A DNA stretch of 63,974 nucleotides, counting the filler, from an uncultured bacterium (lineage in GTDB: Bacteria; Latescibacterota; UBA2968), in assembly GCA_964471275.1 (NCBI GenBank). It is 11 parts of 11 records of this genome, joined end to end, with 100 filler letters (N's around TTAATTAATTAA, not from the genome) between each part and the next. Parts side by side here need not be neighbours in the genome. Positions count along the whole stretch, not along the records: positions 37,192 to 43,206 come from CAYYGZ010000263.1; positions 43,307 to 49,312 come from CAYYGZ010000264.1; 9 more parts are not named here. One strand, 5' to 3'. The notes under the pieces were generated by a model. The model was not told where the DNA came from. It worked only from the letters and a program-made list of their open reading frames with translations, and did not search any database. Each line of letters opens with the position of its first letter. Position 1 is the stretch's first letter. The position numbers were made by a program, and so were the translations under genes. Below, one piece after another: positions 38,499-49,075 of the stretch.

Positions 38499-39251
38499 TC
38501 AGCCTGGGAATGTGCGACTCTTGACCTCCTCGCGATACTGCCTGGCAGCGGACGTCGTCGTTTCGTAGAGGTTTGCGTATTTTCGGGCGAAAGAGGGCAA
38601 GGACTCATACTGCCCGAGCATGTCCGAGATCACGAGGACCTGACCGTCACAATGCGGTCCCGCCCCGATCCCGATTGTCGGGATCCCGATGCTCTCCGTA
38701 ATCAACCGAGCCGTCTCGTGAGACACGTATTCCATCACGAGCGCGTAGCATCCCGAGGCCTCCAGGGACCTGGCCTGCTCAAGGATTCGCGCTGCGGATT
38801 CAGTCTTGGTACCCTGTCGACGGTATCGTTTCGCTGTCTGCGGAAGCAAACCAACGTGTCCCATCACGGCGACGCCCTTCCCGACAAGATGCTCGACCAC
38901 CTTGTATCGTGGCCCCTCGAGCTTCACACTCAGGGCCCCCCCCTCGATCAGGCGGCTCGACCCCTCGTACGCATCCCCCGGTGAATCGTAACTACCGAAA
39001 GGCAGGTCGGCAAGCAGGTGTGTCTGCTCGACACCCCGAGCGACGGCCCCAAGATGATGTATCATCTGATCGAGACCGATGTCAGCCGTCGAGGCCAGAC
39101 CCAATTCTGTCTGAGCAAGGGAATCCCCGACAAACAGGATATCGAGCCCGCATCTATCAAGCGCCATCGCTGTCGGGTAGTTGTAGACCGTCAGCATGGC
39201 AACCGGATCCACACTCTTCATCTCCCGGATATCGTCAGTCGACTTGATCAT
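38499..39251 (-). CDS. panB: 3-methyl-2-oxobutanoate hydroxymethyltransferase
   Basis: VGDSL, ADLPF, VKLEG, GHVGLLPQ, IGIGAG..DGQVLV. Confidence 0.93.
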   Translation of the reverse strand: MIKSTDDIREMKSVDPVAMLTVYNYPTAMALDRCGLDILFVGDSLAQTELGLASTADIGLDQMIHHLGAVARGVEQTHLLADLPFGSYDSPGDAYEGSSRLIEGGALSVKLEGPRYKVVEHLVGKGVAVMGHVGLLPQTAKRYRRQGTKTESAARILEQARSLEASGCYALVMEYVSHETARLITESIGIPTIGIGAGPHCDGQVLVISDMLGQYESLPSFARKYANLYETTTSAARQYREEVKSRTFPG

Positions 39252-39256
39252 CGAAA

Positions 39257-39907
39257 CTAGGCTTCGACGTGGGCAGGGCGGTAATAGCGGGTACCCGAGT
39301 GCGGCGATTCGATCTGGTGGAGGAGATGGTCCAGATCCCCGGGTCGGTTCACAAAATCAACCTGCGAGACGTTTACGATAAGGAGTGGGCTCGAACGATA
39401 GTGAAAGAAATAATGCGTGTACGCCTCGTTCAGGCGGGCGACGTAGGTCTCGGTGATTCCACGTTCATACCCTCGACCACGTGCGCGTATCCGGCGAACG
39501 GTGCTGTCCACCGAATCCTGCAGAAGTACGACCAGATCCGGCGACGGTACGGTGTCATCCAGCGATTCGGCAATCCGATCGTATAGCCCCAGCTCGGTAT
39601 CACTCAGCGTGGCGTGAGCGTAGATTGCATCCCGGTCATACATATAATTAGACACTACCTGCGACCGGAAGAGATCCATCTGATGGAAGGCCTGCAATCG
39701 GCGATACCGTTCCAGCAGGTAGAACACTTGAGCCTGGAACCCGTATCTGCCTGGATCCTCGTAGAACAAGGGCAGGAATGGGTTGTCGTCCGGCTCTTCC
39801 AACTCGAGCCGGGCGCCGAGCCGGGCAGACAGGAGCGTCGCCAGTTGGGTCTTCCCCACGCCGGTAACGCCCTCGACGGCGATGTATCGTGCCGCGGCGC
39901 TCAACAC
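39257..39907 (-). CDS. Deoxynucleoside kinase
   Basis: YIAVEGVTGVGKT, NPFL..FY, RIRARGR. Confidence 0.9.
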   Translation of the reverse strand: MLSAAARYIAVEGVTGVGKTQLATLLSARLGARLELEEPDDNPFLPLFYEDPGRYGFQAQVFYLLERYRRLQAFHQMDLFRSQVVSNYMYDRDAIYAHATLSDTELGLYDRIAESLDDTVPSPDLVVLLQDSVDSTVRRIRARGRGYERGITETYVARLNEAYTHYFFHYRSSPLLIVNVSQVDFVNRPGDLDHLLHQIESPHSGTRYYRPAHVEA

Positions 39908-39922
39908 ACGACTCTATCGGGC

Positions 39923-40468
39923 TCAGAAAAGCGATACATCGACGCGTTCCAGGTCCTCTCTCCCAACCGTTGCGGCCAGGTCACGGTAGGATTTGCCTTC
40001 TGTTGGATGACAGTCATCGGGGCGAAGATCGGCCAGCGGTATCATCACAAACGGCCGCTCGAGCATGTGTGCGTGCGGAATCGTAAGCCCCGGCACATCG
40101 ATCACGTGATCGCCATACGTAAGGATGTCGAGATCGAGCGTCCTGGGCCCCCAGGGGATGTCACGAACGCGACCGAAGTCCCGCTCGACGGCCAGGAACC
40201 GATCCAGTAACGCTTCCGGCGTCAGAGTAACGGACAACGCCAGCACGGCGTTCAGAAAGTGCGGCTGATCCTGCGGTCCGATGGGAGGATTGCGATACAT
40301 GGGCGAACCGGCCACGACCTCAATTCCCTCTTCACCGTCCAGTGTCCGGGCCGCCTTGCACATCGTTCGGGCAGGATTCCCGACATTCCCTCCGATCCCG
40401 GCGTAGACCCGGACCTGGTCAGACGACTCAGCCAAGCCCGCGGGACACCTCGATCTCGATCCCGTCAA
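39923..40468 (-). CDS. folK: HPPK, 2-amino-4-hydroxy-6-hydroxymethyldihydropteridine diphosphokinase (start probably ~40436)
   Basis: GGNVG, QPHFLN, WGPRTLDLDIL, LTIPH..ERPFV. Confidence 0.93.
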   Translation of the reverse strand: MTGSRSRCPAGLAESSDQVRVYAGIGGNVGNPARTMCKAARTLDGEEGIEVVAGSPMYRNPPIGPQDQPHFLNAVLALSVTLTPEALLDRFLAVERDFGRVRDIPWGPRTLDLDILTYGDHVIDVPGLTIPHAHMLERPFVMIPLADLRPDDCHPTEGKSYRDLAATVGREDLERVDVSLF

Positions 40469-40811
40469 AATGCCCGGGAACGGGAGGGATCGGCTTCCTA
40501 ACGCGTACGATCAACTTTGCAACACCAAATCCCTCCTGTATGGCCCCGGCAATGCGATCGGCAAGCGATTCGGCCAAACCAAAGACCTCTTCTGTCACGA
40601 TCGATTCGATGAGCGAATAGATCTCGGGATAGTTGATCCCTCCCTCGATCTGGCTCACATCAGGGTTGGCACCGTGAGCTGCCCACCCCTCGAAGGATCC
40701 AAATATCTCGACATCAACCTCGTAGTGCTGTCCCAGTTTGTTCTCCTCGGAAAACAAACCGTGGTAACCGTAAAAGCGCATGTTCTGAATGCGCATCACA
40801 TCGTCAGGCAT
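40428..40811 (-). CDS. folB: Dihydroneopterin aldolase
   Basis: FYGYHG..EENKLGQ, INY, ESLADRIA, VRKP. Confidence 0.9.
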   Translation of the reverse strand: MPDDVMRIQNMRFYGYHGLFSEENKLGQHYEVDVEIFGSFEGWAAHGANPDVSQIEGGINYPEIYSLIESIVTEEVFGLAESLADRIAGAIQEGFGVAKLIVRVRKPIPPVPGHFDGIEIEVSRGLG

Positions 40812-40848
40812 GGATCACTCACGTAATATCGGCTCACCTTCAAGCCGG

Positions 40849-41934
40849 TCAAGCTGAAACGTTCAAGTTGTTTGTATTAAGCGACTTACCCTTGACGAAT
40901 GGGAGTGGGACGACCCTACACGCTCGACCATCGGCAAGGCAGAGCTGCGATCCCGGTAACTCGAACCCGCGCCGAACAGAAGCCAGGCAGACTGCGCTCC
41001 CAAGACTCTCAGACCGGATACCGGATTTGACCACGCCCACCACCCTCTCATCCGACATGAGATCCGAACCCAACTCGGGGACACCCTCTTCACACACGGC
41101 GATGCCCACCAGGAATCGCCGGGGACGTCCCCGGTTATTCATTTTCGCGAGAACTTCCTGCCCGATGAAGCACCCTTTGCCGAAATCGACCGTATCGGCC
41201 AATCCCCCTTCCAGAGGCGCAACACGGTCATCCACATCGACACCGTATCGCGGAATCCCCGCCTCGATCCGCAAGATCTCGGCTGCGCGCTCGCCGGCCG
41301 GCCGCACACCGGCATCCATCAGGTTCCCATAAACCCTCGCGGTCCCATACGCGGGAATCCAGAGATCAAAGCCCGACTCTCCTGTGTATGTGCGTCGGCA
41401 GATGCGGACAGACACCCCCGCAATCTCGGCCGCCAGGCTCTGGCAGGGCCCCAGATCAACCCGAATTCTCTGCACGTCGGCCAGTACCGACTCTGACTGC
41501 GGTCCGTGCAGACCGATGATACCCCACAGGTCTGTCTCGTCGCTGATCTCGACGTCATCTGCGATGATGTAACGATCAAGGAAACCCTTGACCTGACGCT
41601 GAAGGTCCGGCTCCGTCTCCCCCACCAATCGATCCCCCCAGTTATACAGCCAGAGGTCAGCCTGGGTATTCGCTTTTGCGTCAGTGAGCGCCGTGTGGTT
41701 GCCGTCGCCCTCGGCCAGTCGGATGACCGTATTCGTCAACATCCCGTGCAGAAATCTTGCCCGATCTTCCCCCGTGAACACAAGCTTCCCCCGGCTCGAC
41801 CGATCGATCGCCACAACAGACGATCGGGCTGCCGCGACCTCAGCCGCCGGATTCCCGAAGTGCTCCGGATAGGCCTGATCCGTTCCCTCGAAATACCCAC
41901 CCCGGGACAGCATCGTCTGCTTCAAATCACCCAT
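40849..41934 (-). CDS. GcvT/YgfZ-family folate-binding aminomethyltransferase
   Basis: DRSSRGK, FLHGMLTN, RIEAG.P, KGCFIGQE (YgfZ-type motif). Confidence 0.87.
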   Translation of the reverse strand: MGDLKQTMLSRGGYFEGTDQAYPEHFGNPAAEVAAARSSVVAIDRSSRGKLVFTGEDRARFLHGMLTNTVIRLAEGDGNHTALTDAKANTQADLWLYNWGDRLVGETEPDLQRQVKGFLDRYIIADDVEISDETDLWGIIGLHGPQSESVLADVQRIRVDLGPCQSLAAEIAGVSVRICRRTYTGESGFDLWIPAYGTARVYGNLMDAGVRPAGERAAEILRIEAGIPRYGVDVDDRVAPLEGGLADTVDFGKGCFIGQEVLAKMNNRGRPRRFLVGIAVCEEGVPELGSDLMSDERVVGVVKSGIRSESLGSAVCLASVRRGFELPGSQLCLADGRACRVVPLPFVKGKSLNTNNLNVSA

Positions 41935-42100
41935 CGTTTCCCTTGTATGCTAGCGATCCTTCCTTGTCGCGAATATGCCCGGGGGACCCGATGTTGTCAA
42001 GGTTCCCCACCTGACGGCCGCAGTACTTGACCAACCAGGCATCAAGGTTACTTTAGGACCATTCGAAACCGCACACATAAAATTCAATACGGAGGCAGAC

Positions 42101-43069
42101 GTGAAAGCCATTCGCGTTAACGAACACGGTGGGCCGGACGTGCTGAGCCACGAGGAGATCGACCCGCCCATCCCGAAGGCGGGTGAGGTCCTGATCAAGG
42201 TCGAGGCCGCCGGCCTCAATTATATAGACACCTATCACCGGACGGGCCTCTACCCGGTCGAGCTTCCCCTGACCCTGGGGCTCGAGGGAGCAGGCACAGT
42301 CGAGGCGGCTGGGCCGGATGTCGATGGATTCGGAACCGGTGACCGGGTCGCCTGGGCGGGGTGTCCGGGCTCCTACGCCGAATACCTGGCCACACCAGCA
42401 GAAAAGATCTTCAAGATCCCGGACAGCGTTGATTTCGACTCTGCCGCAGCGTCGATGCTCCAGGGTATGACCGTTCACTACCTGACCCACAGCACCTATC
42501 CGCTCAAATCGGGAGATACGGCTCTGGTGCACGCGGCGGCCGGAGGCGTGGGTCTGATCATGACCCAGATCGCCACAATGCTTGGTGCCCGGGTGATCGG
42601 AACGTGCGGTACGGAAGAGAAGGCCGAACTCGTTCGCGGAGCGGGTGCAGATGAGGTCATTCTCTACAACGAACAGGACTTCGAGGCAGAGACGCGTCGT
42701 CTGACCGATGGTGTGGGTGTCGACGTCGTCTACGATTCTGTCGGCAAATCCACGTGGGAGAAGAGCATGAATTCCCTTCGACCCCGGGGATACCTGGTTC
42801 TGTTCGGGAATGCCAGCGGGGCCGTTCCCCCTGTTGATCCGCTTCTCCTGAGCCAGAAAGGCTCCCTGTTCTTAACCCGACCGACGCTCGTGAGCTATAC
42901 ACTGACGCGTGAGGAGCTGCTGGGCAGGGCGAACGACATACTCGGTTGGGTTGACTCGGGTGAGCTCAATATCAGGATCGATCGTGCGCTGCCCCTTGGG
43001 GAAGCCGCGGATGCGCACATCGCTCTGGAATCACGGGCAACCAAGGGCAAGGTAATCATCAAGCCCTGA
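42101..43069 (+). CDS. qor: NADPH:quinone oxidoreductase (zeta-crystallin family)
   Basis: GTG start with GGAGG RBS; GLNYIDTYHRTGLY, HAAAGGVG, VVYDSVG, FGNASG, LFLTRP. Confidence 0.92.
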   Translation: MKAIRVNEHGGPDVLSHEEIDPPIPKAGEVLIKVEAAGLNYIDTYHRTGLYPVELPLTLGLEGAGTVEAAGPDVDGFGTGDRVAWAGCPGSYAEYLATPAEKIFKIPDSVDFDSAAASMLQGMTVHYLTHSTYPLKSGDTALVHAAAGGVGLIMTQIATMLGARVIGTCGTEEKAELVRGAGADEVILYNEQDFEAETRRLTDGVGVDVVYDSVGKSTWEKSMNSLRPRGYLVLFGNASGAVPPVDPLLLSQKGSLFLTRPTLVSYTLTREELLGRANDILGWVDSGELNIRIDRALPLGEAADAHIALESRATKGKVIIKP

Positions 43070-43089
43070 TCGGCAGACCCGGGAATCAG

Positions 43090-43126
43090 AAAGGGCCACG
43101 GGAAAGCGCATCCCGTGGCCCTTTTT
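43090..43126 (+). terminator. Rho-independent terminator after qor
   Basis: AAAGGGCCACGGGA-AAGCGCA-TCCCGTGGCCCTTTTT. Confidence 0.8.
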
Positions 43127-43427
43127 GAATCTGGCGACGAAAGACACATCCCCAAAATCCCGGATAACGGGTTGATTCTGCAGGAGTAGTGCCCTGAGTG
43201 CAAAAANNNNNNNNNNNNNNNNNNNNNNNNNNNNNNNNNNNNNNNNNNNNTTAATTAATTAANNNNNNNNNNNNNNNNNNNNNNNNNNNNNNNNNNNNNN
43301 NNNNNNACCCTTATGATTACAACACTATAGGAGGTCTCACTCATTCAGGGGGCCAATATGGTGTTCCTCACGCATCCCACCCGATTTCGTATCACCCACT
43401 TACCGGTGTCCCTCACGTGTGTCTCGT

Positions 43428-44513
43428 CTACGTATCCATTCGGATGAGGCTGAACAGATCTGCCTTGCGTCCCATGACCGAGATGCCTCGGATCTGCTCA
43501 TCAACCCGGAGTGCGCGACATTTCTTCAGCCCGTCCTGCATCGCCCGCCATTCGCTCGTGAGCAGGACCGCGCGTCCCCACGGGGCCAGGACACGCTGAA
43601 TCTCACGCATGGACTGAAGGTAGTAGTCGTTGATTCGAAGGCCCGTCGATACTTGCCGGCCCCAAGGTGGATTGGTGACGACACGTGTGATTGAACCGTC
43701 CTTCATCGGAAGTGCCGTGGCATCCCACGTCCTTATCTCCCAGGGCTTGTGCCTATTGCCGAAGTTCTGTCGGGTCGCCGAAATTGCCTCATCGCCGATG
43801 TCGCCGCCGAAGAGCATCTGGTGCGGCCGATCGAGCGCACGTTCGATCAGAATGGTGCCTGCGCCGCAGTTGGGGTCAAGAAATGTGTCCGAGTCTGTTG
43901 GTTTGGAGAGCTGGACTGCTGCTGCGGCGATCGTGGGTCTGAGAGATCCGGGCAGGTTCGCGACCTTGTAGTCCCGATGCCGCATGGTGCGATCGGTCAT
44001 GCGAAGACCGACAAGGGCCGACCTGTTGATCACGTGGACCCAGATCTCGAGATGGCTGTTGTCATCCACGCGCCGCCACTTCCTGTAGCGTTGCGCAATC
44101 GCTCGTACCACCCCTTCCTCGAGGCGCTCTCGCCGGTATTTCCTCCACGGCGCGTCCTCCGCCTGCACGATGACTCGAAAGGTCGGTCGTCCAATCCCCG
44201 ATTTTGGCGTGAGGACTTGTTTGCACGTGATGCCCTGTTCGATCTGGGTCGAATCGACGAGATCTCCGACCCGCTGTTCGTCGGTCTTGCTGCCGGTGAG
44301 GTCGACTTGCCCGAGTTCGTAGAACACGTCTTCCGTGGTGCGCAAACCGCCCAAACCCTCGATATTGCCGTATGAGAAGCGAGTGACGTCGTAGTCGCGG
44401 ACCGTAGAGGCGACCATCCCGTCCCGATCGACGCTCAGTCGATGTCGAAGTTCACGTGTCGTCAGCGCACCCAGTCCCCTGAACGAGGTGGTGTATACGG
44501 TGTGTTCGCTCAC
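43428..44513 (-). CDS. THUMP-associated RNA (guanine-N2) methyltransferase family protein
   Basis: HRDYK..PGSLRPTIAAA, FLDPNCGAGTI, NPPWG. Confidence 0.8.
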   Translation of the reverse strand: MSEHTVYTTSFRGLGALTTRELRHRLSVDRDGMVASTVRDYDVTRFSYGNIEGLGGLRTTEDVFYELGQVDLTGSKTDEQRVGDLVDSTQIEQGITCKQVLTPKSGIGRPTFRVIVQAEDAPWRKYRRERLEEGVVRAIAQRYRKWRRVDDNSHLEIWVHVINRSALVGLRMTDRTMRHRDYKVANLPGSLRPTIAAAAVQLSKPTDSDTFLDPNCGAGTILIERALDRPHQMLFGGDIGDEAISATRQNFGNRHKPWEIRTWDATALPMKDGSITRVVTNPPWGRQVSTGLRINDYYLQSMREIQRVLAPWGRAVLLTSEWRAMQDGLKKCRALRVDEQIRGISVMGRKADLFSLIRMDT

Positions 44514-45193
44514 TGCAGGTACTCCATGATTCTCTTCATGCTCAAGCAGTGCTCGACCTGAACAACGTCGACAGCATCCGCGTGAGGAAGAGTACCCAGA
44601 CTGGGGATGCCGGATACCCGTGCGACGATTTCAGGGCTGGCCCACTCGGAGGGATCGCCGGTTGCAGGATGCGTGTGGTTGTAGATGACACCGGCTATTG
44701 CCAATCCTCGGGCCCTTGCGGATTCGATGGTCATGAGTGTGTGGTTGATCGTACCGAGTGCTGCTCGCGAGACGATGATGAGAGGCAGCCTAAACTGGGC
44801 AGCAAGGCTGGCGATCGAAAGACGATTCGCAAGCGGAACCAGCAGGCCTCCTGCGCCTTCGACAATCATTGTCTCGTGTCGATGCGACAAGGTCTGGTAT
44901 GCGTTCAGGATGTGCTGGAGGTCAATGGATGTTCCTTCGCGTTCCGCCGCCAGGTTTGGCGACAGAGGTTCGGCAAGCGCGATCGGGTTCACCTCGTTCG
45001 GCGTATCCGAGATGCCTGCTGCCGACATCAGCTCCTCGGCATCCTGCCGGCCACCGGCCGATACAGGCTTCATCACACCGACATCGAGCCCTCGAGCACG
45101 GAGCGCACGGATGAGCAGACAGGCGACGTATGTCTTGCCGACATCCGTGTCCGTGCCGGTGATGAAGAAGCCGTCAGCCACGGGTAGGTCCAA
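44510..45193 (-). CDS. bioD: Dethiobiotin synthase
   Basis: FITGTDTDVGKT, MKPV, VEGAGG, LGTINHT. Confidence 0.95.
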   Translation of the reverse strand: MDLPVADGFFITGTDTDVGKTYVACLLIRALRARGLDVGVMKPVSAGGRQDAEELMSAAGISDTPNEVNPIALAEPLSPNLAAEREGTSIDLQHILNAYQTLSHRHETMIVEGAGGLLVPLANRLSIASLAAQFRLPLIIVSRAALGTINHTLMTIESARARGLAIAGVIYNHTHPATGDPSEWASPEIVARVSGIPSLGTLPHADAVDVVQVEHCLSMKRIMEYLQ

Positions 45194-46547
45194 GGATCTG
45201 CTCGATCGACCCGATGGTCACGTCGAGCATTTCGTCGATCTCATCAACGGTTAGTGTCAGCGGCGGCATGAGGACAATCGTGTTTCCCAGGGGTCTGATC
45301 AACACACCTCTTGCGCGTGCGGAATCACAGACCTGAACGCCAATCCGTTCCTTCCAGTCGAAGGGGCGCCGAGAGGCCCGGTTTGCGACCAGTTCGATCG
45401 CGACAATCGTGCCCAGATGGCGGATGTCGCCGACATTGGGGTGATTGGTGATTTCGGTCAGGCGGCCAGCGATGTGTTGTATTCGGGGTTCGAGGGAACC
45501 GACGATGTCTTCCTCGATCAGAAGATCGATGGAAGCGAGTGCTGCGGCACACCCGATGGGGTTTCCCGTGAAGGTGTGGCCATGGAAGAAAGTCTTCTGC
45601 TCGCCATACTCTCCCAGGAAGGCATCATAGACCCGACTTGTTGTCATGGTTGCCGCCACCGGCAGGTAGCCACCTGTCATCCCTTTTCCGAGACAGAGCA
45701 AGTCGGGTGTGACGGACTCGTGCTCGCACGCGAACATCTTGCCCGTTCGACCGAATCCAGTGGCGACCTCGTCCACGATAAGGAGGACATCGTGTTCCCG
45801 GCAGAGCTCCGCCGCCCTGGCTAGATAGCCATCGGGATGTACGAGCATGCCGCCGGCCGCCTGGACCAGGGGCTCGACGAAGAACGCGGCAATGTGGTCG
45901 CTCTGTCGCTCGAGTGTTTCTTCGAGCGCCTGCAGGCAACCCCTGTTGCACTCAGACTCCTCCGAACAGAAGGAGCAGCGATACGGGTGAGGTGCGGGCA
46001 CGGTCAGGCTGTCGAAGAGGAGGGGACGATAGAGTTTGTGGAAGAGATCGATGCCCCCGACACTGACGGCACCGATCGTGTCACCGTGGTAGCTCGAGGC
46101 GACGTGGATGAATTGTGTCTTCTCCGGTCGGGGATCGTCGCACTGCTGCCAGTATTGGAAGGCCATCTTCAGCGCAACCTCAACCGCAGTTGCGCCACTG
46201 TCCGAATAGAAGACGTGCTCGAGACCAGCCGGTGTGATATCGACGAGCTTCTTCGCGAGTCTGATCGCGGGAACGTTGGCTGCGCCGAGCAGCGTCGAGT
46301 GGCCGACCCGATCCAGTTGGTCCCGAATCGCGTCGTCGATTTGCTTCACCCGGTGTCCGTGGACGTTGCACCAGACGGATGAGAAGGCATCGAGGTATCG
46401 GTTCCCATCCGTATCGTACAGGTAGGGCCCGTCCGCACGCTCGATGATGATCGGATCTGACGCGGCATAGTCCTTCATCTGCGTGAAGGGATGCCAGACG
46501 TGTGTCCGATCTAGGTCTTTGAGGTATCGTCTATCTGAGCTGTCCAT
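45174..46547 (-). CDS. bioA: Adenosylmethionine-8-amino-7-oxononanoate aminotransferase
   Basis: VWHPFTQM, SGATAVEVALK, YHGDT, DEVATGFGRTG, GKGMTGG, FFHGHTFTGN. Confidence 0.95.
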   Translation of the reverse strand: MDSSDRRYLKDLDRTHVWHPFTQMKDYAASDPIIIERADGPYLYDTDGNRYLDAFSSVWCNVHGHRVKQIDDAIRDQLDRVGHSTLLGAANVPAIRLAKKLVDITPAGLEHVFYSDSGATAVEVALKMAFQYWQQCDDPRPEKTQFIHVASSYHGDTIGAVSVGGIDLFHKLYRPLLFDSLTVPAPHPYRCSFCSEESECNRGCLQALEETLERQSDHIAAFFVEPLVQAAGGMLVHPDGYLARAAELCREHDVLLIVDEVATGFGRTGKMFACEHESVTPDLLCLGKGMTGGYLPVAATMTTSRVYDAFLGEYGEQKTFFHGHTFTGNPIGCAAALASIDLLIEEDIVGSLEPRIQHIAGRLTEITNHPNVGDIRHLGTIVAIELVANRASRRPFDWKERIGVQVCDSARARGVLIRPLGNTIVLMPPLTLTVDEIDEMLDVTIGSIEQILGPTRG

Positions 46548-46633
46548 ACAGAGGAATGTAAACGTTCGGTCCAGCAGAACCAAGAAGAGGCAATCAGCAG
46601 CAACCCATCACCTTATACGAAGATACCTAGTAT

Positions 46634-47347
46634 TTGAAAAAAGTAGCCCTGTGCGTGACCTGTCTGGTCGATCAGATTCTGCCGGAGATCGGTGTTGCCA
46701 CCGTCAAGCTTCTGCGGAGAGCCGGCTACGAGGTGGATTTTTCCGAGGCGCAGACCTGCTGTGGTCAGCCCTTCTTTAACAGCGGTTTCCGTGATCAGAC
46801 GGTATCGCTCGCCCGGCGTATGATCGAGATCTTCGAAGATTACGATGCGGTTGTGCTACCGAGCGGATCGTGTACGGCGATGGTGGTGAAGGAGTATGTC
46901 CACTTGTTCGAAGACACTGCAGACTGGAAGGCACGTGCGCAAAACCTGGGTGATCGGACACGAGAACTCAGCCAACTCCTGGTGGAAGCAGACTGGTCAC
47001 CAGAATCGACATCGGAACTGATGGTCGTCACCTATCACGACTTCTGCCACGCCAATCGAATGCTCGGGATCAGGTCGTAGCCGAGGCAGCTTCTCAAACA
47101 GACGGGCTGCAGAGCCGTAGAGATGGATGAGTCGGATCGATGCTGCGTTTTTGGCGGTCTCTTCTCGATCAAGATGCCAGAGGTGTCGAACGCGATGACC
47201 GGAGAGAAGCTCAGACGGTCGATGCAGACGGATGTAGACACATTGGCGACCGTCGATCCCGGATGTCTGATGCAGATGCGTGGTCTGCGCAAGGGATGCG
47301 GACCCGAGATCCGGCATCTGGCCGAGGTGCTTGAGGAGCGAACCTGA
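46634..47347 (+). pseudogene. lutA: LutA/YkgE cysteine-rich (CCG) lactate utilization subunit with in-frame TAG
   Basis: TCLVD, QTCCGQP, PSGSC; TAG at 47078-47080 in GIRS*PRQLL; frame continues to CCVFGG..DPGCLMQ..HLAEVL. Motifs are degraded (HDFCH, CCVFGG). Confidence 0.82.
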
Positions 47348-47775
47348 TGAGCGCTCACGTAGATGGATTCCGTTCCCGGGCAGCGCGGGCGATCGGTGAC
47401 GCGTCACTCCAGAAAGCGATCGATACGGCGACGCACAATTTCTGGTCTGCCAGCGAGGGCGCGCTGGCGGAATTTCCGGATTCAGACGTCCTGAGAGATC
47501 ACTTCAAGGCTATCCGGCACCATACTTTGGGCGAGCCCCGGACTGAATGCCGCAGTATGGCGGCATATCTATGAGAGATTTTGGCAGACTGTCCAAACTT
47601 CTCTGTACTTGCCGCTGACGTAGCGGATCGATATGACGAAATCGCAGGTTGCCTGGAGAGCGTAAGCGATAAGGAAATGGATGGCACCGAGAAGATTGCC
47701 CTGCTGAGGAAAGCCAGCGAGGCGGAAAGGCAGTGCGCCCGCGCGATCACCGACATGCTGAATCGGTTGGGGTAG
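47347..47775 (+). pseudogene. LutB N-terminal remnant fused to an unrelated C-terminal remnant with in-frame TGA
   Basis: FRSRAARAIGDASLQKAI..IRHHTL (LutB-like start), then ECRSMAAYL*EILADC..LNRLG in the same frame. Confidence 0.55.
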
Positions 47776-47858
47776 ATCACCGGACAGGAGGCTGGCCAGG
47801 GGCGATTCCGGAAGATGGGATCGCCCCCTTTCGTGCTGTCACGGGGTATCGGGGTTGT

Positions 47859-48830
47859 CTATCGACGCGTTGCCCCCATAGTCTCCAGAACCGCCTTGGA
47901 TATCTTGCACACCATCGTGTATGCAGGGTCGAACATATTGCCCATGTCGTATTCGACCGCCTCTCCCATGAGGACGTGTGCCTCTCGGGTGCTGAGACCG
48001 TAGTCCTGTTCGAGGAACCGGATCATTTCGGTCGAGGCGTGTTCGACACACTGATCCAGGGGGCGGGCGTTTCCCGTGGTCATAATGTGCGTGTCACTCT
48101 CAGCCCGAGGCCAATGGATCGTTTTGCCGGAGAGGACCTCGACAGTGAATGTGACGTCGAAGGAGATCTCGATACCGGTTCCGACGATTTCTCCGTCGCC
48201 CTGGAGCGCGTGACCGTCACCGACGTGGAACAGGGCGCCTTCTTCGTAGACCGGAAGATACATCGTGACGCCCTGGATAAACCCGTTGTAGTCCATGTTG
48301 CCGCCATTGCTGGCCGATGTGGCTGTTGAGATTCCCTGGCCGCGCGATGGTGCGACACCAAAGCAGCCGGAATGTGGGTTGAGCGGAAGCGTCAGGTTCG
48401 CGAGCAAGCCTTCGACGGGTTGACCTTCCCCGAGTGTTGTTTGCCGCCGGTCTGTGCACACTTCAGCGGGAGTGGCGGTGTGGTTGCCAAAATCGATCGC
48501 CCAGATGATGCGTGTTATCTCATCGTCGAATTTTGGGATATAGCCCGGGTCGAGCACATTCGGGGCAACGTGTGCGGAGGTGTGCCCCCATCCACGGTTC
48601 GGCATGAGATGGTCCCACTTGACTGCCAGCGTGTCACCGGGTCTGGCGCCCTGGACATAGAAGGGCCCCGTTTGCGGGTTGCCGCCCTCCGCTGCCTGGC
48701 TGCCGTCCTTGTCCTTTCCTCCGGCGTCGACCGTTGTCGTCGAGACGCTGTCTCCGCTGTTGACTGAGAGAACCGGCTCGTGTGCGGCGATTGTCGTGTG
48801 GTAGTGGTCTGGTTCGAATTCGTGGTGCAT
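47859..48830 (-). CDS. Acetamidase/formamidase family protein
   Basis: NPQTGPFYVQGARPGDTL, GGNMD, GDGHALQGDGE; ATG at 48830 with GGAGG RBS. Confidence 0.9.
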   Translation of the reverse strand: MHHEFEPDHYHTTIAAHEPVLSVNSGDSVSTTTVDAGGKDKDGSQAAEGGNPQTGPFYVQGARPGDTLAVKWDHLMPNRGWGHTSAHVAPNVLDPGYIPKFDDEITRIIWAIDFGNHTATPAEVCTDRRQTTLGEGQPVEGLLANLTLPLNPHSGCFGVAPSRGQGISTATSASNGGNMDYNGFIQGVTMYLPVYEEGALFHVGDGHALQGDGEIVGTGIEISFDVTFTVEVLSGKTIHWPRAESDTHIMTTGNARPLDQCVEHASTEMIRFLEQDYGLSTREAHVLMGEAVEYDMGNMFDPAYTMVCKISKAVLETMGATRR

Positions 48831-49075
48831 GTTTCCCTCCGTGATCGGGAAGCGACGCTCAGAACAGGTCAGGCCATCTACATTGTGATTTCTGACGGCG
48901 CAAGGTACGATTGGCGCGCGGAGGTGTAAAGAAGTACACGAGTATGGCGCAGACACCCGTTGTTGGCTAGTTTCACGGATGTCGGTTTCGGGCAGGTGAC
49001 GAGCCCTGGATGCGAATCAGATCACGGGTTCAGACTTCGCCTCCTGTCCGGAGACTGAAACAAGCAGAGCTACGT

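Noticed and set aside
43186..43206. TAGTGCCCTGAGT at a contig end as another IS630-like terminus
   Set aside because: Too short to distinguish from chance.
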